A stretch of DNA of 32,000 nt from Zygophlyctis sp. KS116 (lineage: Eukaryota > Fungi > Chytridiomycota): positions 43,768 through 75,767 of the forward strand of contig BAAFSQ010000020.1 of the NCBI GenBank assembly GCA_054661495.1, read 5' to 3'. Shown one piece after another: positions 25,352-32,000 of the stretch. Positions within the stretch are counted from its first letter, which is position 1. Each line of letters begins with the position of its first letter. The notes under the pieces are model-generated. The model was not told the DNA's origin. It searched no databases and worked only from the letters and a program-made list of their open reading frames with translations. The translations under genes and the position numbers were made by a program.

Positions 25352-25882
25352 ATGAACCATGATATCATTTATCATCACGTAAAGAATGTAATTTCTGAGG
25401 ATTCTAATCAAATTCCTAATATAAAGGAAGAGGAAATTCAAGGGATAGTGTCGGATTTAATGACTACAATAAAATCAATGGAAAAATTAGATAGACTAAC
25501 AATCAGACGGACATGTTGGGAGTCATTTAAAGATGCAAACTCTAGACAAATTATTGATTTATGTTTTCCGGCTCAATTAGGACCATTATGCTCATGGCCC
25601 CCATCAAACGTTGTAAATGATAATGTAAAAAGAGATTTAAAAAGGCATTCTAATTCACAAACACTCAAAGAGATCGCGAAACCAAAAGATCAGCCATTAA
25701 ATCCAACATTTACTACAAATATAAAAATTCCTCATGATAAAATCAATTTAAGCCAACAAGTCTCTAATAAGGAGATTATGATAAAGTTGGATTTATTATC
25801 GCAAAAAGTAGATCGAATTTCGGACATGATGGAGCAATTGTTTATGTATACAAACAATGGAAATAAATATACTGATTCTTGA
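25352..25882 (+). CDS. Hypothetical protein, 176 aa, with short C-terminal coiled coil
   Basis: Uninterrupted 531-nt ORF filling the gap between PFDN4 and the ATP-grasp gene; no recognisable motif. Confidence 0.5.
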   Translation: MNHDIIYHHVKNVISEDSNQIPNIKEEEIQGIVSDLMTTIKSMEKLDRLTIRRTCWESFKDANSRQIIDLCFPAQLGPLCSWPPSNVVNDNVKRDLKRHSNSQTLKEIAKPKDQPLNPTFTTNIKIPHDKINLSQQVSNKEIMIKLDLLSQKVDRISDMMEQLFMYTNNGNKYTDS

Positions 25883-27267
25883 TGTCGTATCGGGACCTTC
25901 ACTATATAATCCAGTGACATATTCAGATTTCATACAAGAAAGTGATTGCATTAATCTCTTGATCTTGAGTAATGGGATAAGTCAAAAAGATAAAGATCTT
26001 GCATTGGCCTATAAAGAAATAACTGATCCAACTACAAATGGATTAATGGAGAGTGTGGCTCTAGAATGGCATACTCAATATAGAATAGATATGATTTGTA
26101 ACTAGTTTTTAATAATTGCAAGATACAAAGCAAGAAGATCTAATTCTTAGAGCAGCGTATTTACGAGAAAGAATTGGATTGTTTACAGGACTTAATTCAA
26201 GTCTTGCATTGATATACAGAGATAAAGCGATGATGAAGGCTAAAGCAAAACATGGGGGATTTCCAGTTCCAGAGTTTAGAAGGATAAAGTCGCCCATTGA
26301 TATTATAGATTTTGCTAAAGATTTTGGATTTCCAGTCATCATTAAGCCTGTACTGGGACAAGCTGCATCAGGGATTATTGTATTACGCAATCAAGATCAA
26401 TTAGATGCATATCTTGAATCTCAATTTTACACATTTATAAATGATAAGATCATGGACTATACTGGAAATCTCATGATTGAAGAATTTATGCCATGTAAAA
26501 TGGTACATGTAAATGGTTTTGCAAAGAATGGTATTATTCAATATTTTTGGCCATTTTATTATCATTCTACAAATTTGGATTTTACATTGGGGAAATCCTA
26601 TGGAAATATTTATATTCCAGAAAGTGAATCTGTGTATAAGAGTCTTTTGGATACTACTCAAAATCTCTTAAATACACTGGGCACTCCACAAAACTTGATG
26701 TTTCATGGGGAATTATTTGAAGTGACTGATCCTTTTACTGGAAAATCTAGTTTTAAGTTGTGTGAAATTGCAGCTAGACGTCCCGGGGGCTCAATAGGGA
26801 TATTGATAGATCAAGTTCTTGGAGGACGAAATACTTTTCCAGAGCTAGAATTTAGACTAAATAATGGTCTTGAACCAAAAAAAGATTCATTTAAACAATC
26901 AAAGAATTACATTTGTGCTGATCTTATGATTCCTTTACAAATTGGAAAACTATTAGAGATACCAAAAGAGACAGATTGCAATATACCCGATTGCGTTTAC
27001 AAACCACTGGGGAAAGCTGGAACGATATACAAGGGATTTGACGTGAATGTGCTAAATACAGCCGCTAGATTTATGATGGTCAATGGAAAATCAGAAACCC
27101 CCTCAATTTCTCTGATGGAAAATAAGCTCCAAATTGCTCAGGCTTGGTTTAACAAGTATGCTAGATATGAACCGTTGAACAAGGAAATAGATTTTAGAAT
27201 TAGCAACGCTAAATCACACTCATCATTAACAGCAATCATGCAAAATATTGCAATAGTATCTGAATAA
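25857..27267 (+). CDS. Bacterial-type ATP-grasp carboxylate-amine ligase (L-amino-acid ligase/NikS-like), about 460 aa
   Basis: After intron 26098-26122: IYTKQEDLILRAAYLRERIGL..G..A.IYRDKAMMK, FPVIIKPVLGQAASGI, IEEF, HVNG, FHGELF, LCEIAARRPGG. Confidence 0.85.
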
Positions 27268-27323
27268 ATATCTTAAAGATCAAAGTTGCTGATTGCAAAG
27301 CCCTTTTCTGCGTTTATAATTTC

Positions 27324-29506
27324 ATGAGATTTCTTAAGTCTAGTAAATTCCTTGTATTTTTAGTCTAAACTCATCATAGTCCAATGTTCGGTTTTTATAT
27401 CAGAATGCGTTTCAGGTACATCCAACTGTTCTGAAGGCTGTAAGTGTTTTAGATCTTGACGATAGATTGATAGAGGTGCCCCAGTTGTTGCATTAGAATC
27501 AACAATTATATCTCATGGAATGCCATATCCACAAAATCTTGAAACAGCATTGGAAGTTGAAAATGTCATCAGAGAAAATGGTGCCACTCCAGCAACGATC
27601 GCAATAATGTAATTTATATGTATACGTTAATGAAAAGAGATGGAATAATAAAAGTAGGACTAGACCAAAAAGATTTAGAAAGTCTGGCTAAAAGTGGGCT
27701 TGATTCAGTGAAAACATCTCGTCGAGATTTAGCGTTAGTTGTCGCTCAGGGACTTACTGGATCAACTACCGTATCGTCTACAATGATGATTGCACATCAA
27801 GCTGGAATTAAAATATTTGTGACTGGTGGGATTGGAGGAGTACATCGAGGTGTCGAAGAATGTATGATTTTAAAGATTTAACTCTAGCAATGGATATTAG
27901 TGCCGACTTGACAGAGTTGGGAAGAACTCCGATTGCGGTTGTTTGTTCAGGTGCAAAATCTATTCTGGATATTGGTAGGACTTTGGAATTCTTAGAAACA
28001 CAAGGAGTCACTGTAGTTAGCTATGGTAATTCAAATGAATTTCCTTCTTTCTACACTCGATCAAGTGGATTCAAATCTATGAGCAATTTAAACACTGTAG
28101 AGTCTTGTGGAAAACTTATTAGAGCTAATCAGGAGCTGGGGATAAATAGCGGGATAGTAATTGCTGTTCCTATTCCGGAAGAAGACGTGATAAAAGATGG
28201 GGAGAGGCTGGAAAATTTGATTTGCGAAGCTACTAAAGAGCTTCCCAAGTTGAGAATTAAAGGAAAAGATGTCACCCCGTATCTTTTGGATAAAATGAAA
28301 AAGTTAACTAAAGGAGATTCTTTACGAGCTAGTACTTTAATTTCTAATAATTTCTCTAGATATTGCACTGATTAAAAATAATGCAAAAATTGGTGCTCAA
28401 ATTGCTGCCAGTTACTCAACGAATAATGATTCAGCAAATGTTATTTCAACAAAGTCGTGGGATTTTAAAAGACCGTTGATAATCGGTGGATCGGTTTTAG
28501 ATATTACTTCAAAATATGCTTCCACACCAATTCCTGCTACCTCAAATCTTGGAAAGGTCCAATATTCTTGTGGGGGTGTAGGAAGGAATGTTGCAGAGGC
28601 CTGTGTCAAGACTGGAGCAGATCCATTTTTTCTCAGTTTCATCGGAAACGATTTTGCGGGAGACTCAATAATGAATGACTTGAAGATGATTGATTTAGTA
28701 AGAACGTTTTGAGCTAAAATCAGGACACTTCAGGAATTCAAACACTTAACAATGCTTCAACAGCCGTTTACAACGCTATACTTAATACAGATGGGCAACT
28801 GATGACTGCTATCGCAGATATGGATATATTGGATAAATTAAATTATGATATGGTAGTCTTTTAATACTTAAATTTACAGAAGATTTTAGAAATGTCAGGT
28901 GTAGTATGCATTGACGGCAACCTTTTAACCGGCTCTCTAAAAAATCTTTTTAATGATTGCCATTTTCTTGATAAAGTGGTTGTTTGCGAGCCAACTTCAG
29001 TTCCTAAATCCTTATCAATTATTCGTGCAATCTTATCGTGTACCAAGAAACCCAAAATTTATATTACTCCAGACGAAAGTGAACTGCTTGTTATGGCAAA
29101 TGAGATATCTGTCGATAAATTAGATGTTCCATTATTGAAAGATTTAACTGTTGAAATTTTGAATGCATCGGCTAAACTGCTTACTGTTGTAGATAAAGCA
29201 ATTATTAAACTTGGATCCAAAGGTGTTTTACTGGGGCAACATATTGACGGAAAGCACGCCTGGACACATTTAAAGCCTCACAAAGTGTACGACCAAGTTG
29301 TATCAGTTACAGGTGCGGGAGACAGTTTAGTTGGTGCTTTGTTATCCGGACTTTCAAGATCACCAAACCCATTAGATCATACTCAGTTTGAAGATATCAT
29401 TAGAGCGTGCATGAAAGCAGCAGAACTTAGTATATTAACTGATAGGGCTGTAAGTGAACACCTCAATAGCTCTATATTTTCTGAAATCTCATGGATTAAC
29501 AAATGA
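27324..29506 (+). CDS. Bifunctional pseudouridine-5'-phosphate glycosidase (PsuG/IndA) - pseudouridine kinase (PsuK, PfkB) fusion
   Basis: PsuG: [54 protein letters not shown]. PfkB: [24 protein letters not shown]. Introns 27354-27379, 27440-27465, 27609-27637, 27862-27887, 28332-28359, 28698-28723, 28853-28879. Confidence 0.92.
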
Positions 29507-29514
29507 GAATAAAT

Positions 29515-29922
29515 CTATATTTTTGTCTCGATCAAAACTCTTCTGATCTGCTGTATAGCATCTTCCAATTGTTCACCAATGGTTAGCAAATACCCCTGTG
29601 GTACATCTTTGCTTCCTACAATCGTCAAATATAATGGATATCGGTTGCATTGAACAATTGAAAACGAATGATATTTTGTGATGATATGCTTGCATTTTCC
29701 TGTGAGTTTTGAGATCTTGAGTTAAATTTAAACTAGTCTTACTTGCTCACAGCTGATCAGGAATGTTGATGATAGCCAAGGCTCCAGAAATTCCAGCGGA
29801 CAATCAGTTGAGTGCGCCTGTACAATGGGAATCCCGTCCTTATCATATACTAGAATAGCCTTTAAATCTGTTTCAGCGCAGACAAGATCCGAGAGTGTCT
29901 TCTGCAACTGATCAACAGTCAT
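29515..29922 (-). CDS. LAMTOR3: Ragulator subunit LAMTOR3 (MP1), roadblock fold
   Basis: LKAILVYDKDGIPIV..LEPWLSSTF...EQ, intron 29716-29742, then ISKL..KHIITKY..IVQCNRYPLYLTIVG..GYLL; stop at 29515-29517. Confidence 0.85.
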
Positions 29923-29951
29923 TAAATTTTCGCTTGTTACAAAAGAAGAAT

Positions 29952-31415
29952 TTATTTGCATTCATGCGTATTCGCTATATAAAAATCAGTCTCTGCTGCA
30001 GGCAGATCATCCAAGTGTCCTTTTACTTTAGCATGATAAAGGAATGCTGCTACATTTTCGATAGCAACATTTGATGACTTGATTGAGCCTATAGCTTGGA
30101 AGACGTGAACCATGTCCTTAAATAGCTCGTACCTTACTTTTGATTGAATGCCATCATCACCCTTATTTGTTACACTAATTTTGTATGCCAATGATTTAGT
30201 CTCATCTCTGAGCATTTCACAGTCTCCAGATTGAATAAGTATCGGTGGTAAGCAAGAGAAATTAGATTCAAAGACTGGCGAAATAAGCGGGTGATAAATG
30301 TAATTTTCCACTTTAGTCCTTGATTCATTTTCCGGTTTGTACAAAAGGGATTCATTATTTACGTATGAATTCATGCTTGGTAGCTTTCTGTTATGATCTT
30401 GTCCTAATATGTAAGAATAAACTGGATGCGGTATTCCAGGATATAGTTGGTTATGTAAGTCTGACATAGTTTTAGGAAGATAATCATATTCCGCATTGCT
30501 TCGCAGGGAATTTGAAGACATTGTTAAATCAACCCAAGGAGAAAACATAAACGCAGCTCCAGGAAGTGGAATAATTGATCTTCCATCTGGATAACGCAAG
30601 TATTTGTTAACATAGTTAAGAAAAGACATAACTAATCCTCCACCAGCCGAATCCCCACCCAAATATATGTTTTTTGCCTGATATGTGTGCCGCTTAGTGG
30701 AAGCTGATGATGAAAACATTTGATGTTCAGGATTCAAGAGCCATAAATATGCTGCAAGTACATCATGAAGTGCAGCAGGAAACGGATGTTCTGGTGCTAA
30801 TCTGTAATCAATTGCAAAAACATCACATCCAGTCTCAACAGCCAGTTTAGATGTAAGATGCCTAAAAGCTGCAGGATTTCCTACAATGTAAGCTCCCCCG
30901 TGAAGATATAGAATAACTGATCGCTCTTGAGAATCATTATTTTTGGAAAGCATAAATTCCCCATTAATCGAGTAGTCTTGACTATTAACTTCATCAGGTA
31001 GAGGATTATGCGCTCCAGAGGAGGTCCTATAAGCATTCCCCTCTTTTTCAAATTGTAATAATTCCTCCATATTTACTTGTACATTTACTAGATCAAAATA
31101 CACATTCTTAGGATAAGGAATTATAGAATGCAACACTTCCATTCCTGCTCTTGCGTTTGGCAAAGAATGATTTTCAAAACAAAGATAGTTTTTGAGCATA
31201 TGAACTGTTAATTGAAAATTCTGAGTCCAAAGAGGTCTCTTGACACCTTTTGAGGCTAATTCATATAATCCAGATAAGAAACTTGATGCATTATGAGTAC
31301 TCAGATGAGCATGATAATACAAGGAATGAATCAACCCAGTCTGACTCTTCACTTGATCGTCTAGCTCTACATCGCTCCTCCAGATACTTGTAAACCGTTC
31401 ATCATAGTCCAACAT
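29952..31415 (-). CDS. Hormone-sensitive-lipase family alpha/beta hydrolase (Abhydrolase_3)
   Basis: LYLHGGAY, DYRLAPEHPFPAALHD, GDSAGG nucleophile, SPWVDL, EMLRDE, MVHVFQ; no intron needed. Confidence 0.9.
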   Translation of the reverse strand: MLDYDERFTSIWRSDVELDDQVKSQTGLIHSLYYHAHLSTHNASSFLSGLYELASKGVKRPLWTQNFQLTVHMLKNYLCFENHSLPNARAGMEVLHSIIPYPKNVYFDLVNVQVNMEELLQFEKEGNAYRTSSGAHNPLPDEVNSQDYSINGEFMLSKNNDSQERSVILYLHGGAYIVGNPAAFRHLTSKLAVETGCDVFAIDYRLAPEHPFPAALHDVLAAYLWLLNPEHQMFSSSASTKRHTYQAKNIYLGGDSAGGGLVMSFLNYVNKYLRYPDGRSIIPLPGAAFMFSPWVDLTMSSNSLRSNAEYDYLPKTMSDLHNQLYPGIPHPVYSYILGQDHNRKLPSMNSYVNNESLLYKPENESRTKVENYIYHPLISPVFESNFSCLPPILIQSGDCEMLRDETKSLAYKISVTNKGDDGIQSKVRYELFKDMVHVFQAIGSIKSSNVAIENVAAFLYHAKVKGHLDDLPAAETDFYIANTHECK

Positions 31416-31420
31416 TTAAC

Positions 31421-31660
31421 TTAAACTGATAAGAGCGGCTTGATCATATGCCACGCTCGTTATCAGGTGGAACATCGATCATGTGATATAGGAGAATAAC
31501 TCTTTTGCATCAACATGATCAATTGATAGTCGATTGCTATATAGTGATTAACCACTAATAACTGTACTAACCTCTTAATGGATTAATGAAATTACACCAT
31601 GATGCCTGTCTTCATTTCTTTATGCAAAACTAGTCAAAGCAATGCCTCGTCATTTTTAGT
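31421..31660. ncRNA. Candidate structured non-coding RNA, family and strand unassigned
   Basis: Consecutive inverted repeats at 31426-31466, 31477-31520, 31542-31557 and 31585-31616 in one of the largest intergenic gaps of the window. Confidence 0.35.
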
Positions 31661-31708
31661 TGTGTTTATTGAATGTAATTTATTGAGTTACAAGACTGAG
31701 TTGTGGAA

Positions 31709-31999
31709 TTATAAAGTAATTTCATCCCAGCTAATAAGTCGTTTAAACTGCCCGTAACTCAATTCCACATCATCATCATCAGATTCATCATTTTCTTCTT
31801 CCAAATCTACAAAGTCGGCATTGGCTTCGATTCCACCTAAAGCAAGAATGTGCACTTTCAACTTTTCTAAATTCTGCTCATCCAGTTGAATAGGCTCTTC
31901 AAATCTGTGCAGATATAGAGAGTGTACCTTGATTGGGATGCAAAGAATATAAGAGGGAACTCTGCGTCTCGAATGAGGAATCCATTCAGGAGTAGTGTT
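31709..31999 (-). CDS. 3' end of an unidentified protein with an acidic tract; 5' end outside window
   Basis: Open frame from the window edge: NTTPEWIPHSRRRVPSYILCIP...DLEEENDESDDDDVELSYGQFKRLISWDEITL*; stop at 31709-31711. Confidence 0.6.
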   Translation of the reverse strand, partial: NTTPEWIPHSRRRVPSYILCIPIKVHSLYLHRFEEPIQLDEQNLEKLKVHILALGGIEANADFVDLEEENDESDDDDVELSYGQFKRLISWDEITL

Positions 32000-32000
32000 G

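Noticed and set aside
3792-30355. Many antisense or alternate-frame ORFs in the track (e.g. 3792-4052, 4398-4667, 9630-9836, 11269-11502, 22111-22473, 23928-24317, 26109-26390, 28129-28642, 30170-30355)
   Set aside because: They are shadows of well-supported genes and have no motifs of their own.
31560-31580. CTAACCT as a telomerase RNA template
   Set aside because: It is too short, does not match a TTAGGG template, and no other telomerase elements are recognisable.
1-32000. tRNA, rRNA, CRISPR arrays, transposases or prokaryotic defence systems
   Set aside because: I saw no cloverleaf, spaced direct-repeat array, terminal repeats or transposase motifs, and the DNA is intron-containing eukaryotic sequence.

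Overview
This is eukaryotic, AT-rich, extremely compact genomic DNA, most likely from a zoosporic fungus such as a chytrid (inference: a fungal LYS2 alpha-aminoadipate reductase co-occurs with the ciliary gene CFAP418/C8orf37). The ORF track is fragmented because genes are cut by tiny spliceosomal introns. By hand I reconstructed 24 protein-coding genes (2 partial) and 54 frame-restoring introns of 24-32 nt. AAG acceptors are unusually frequent and there is one probable GC-AG intron. Most intergenic spacers are 5-135 nt, one gene pair overlaps, and 16 consecutive genes (9984-29506) are all on the + strand. Other highlights: a bacterial-type ATP-grasp ligase directly upstream of a pseudouridine glycosidase-kinase fusion; a Pirh2/RCHY1 E3 ligase with a hidden C-terminal RNF115/126-type zinc ribbon; an MRPL34 gene missed by the ORF track; and a multi-hairpin candidate ncRNA at about 31420-31660 with partial complementarity to U2 snRNA. 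All splice models are manual and need RNA-seq confirmation.
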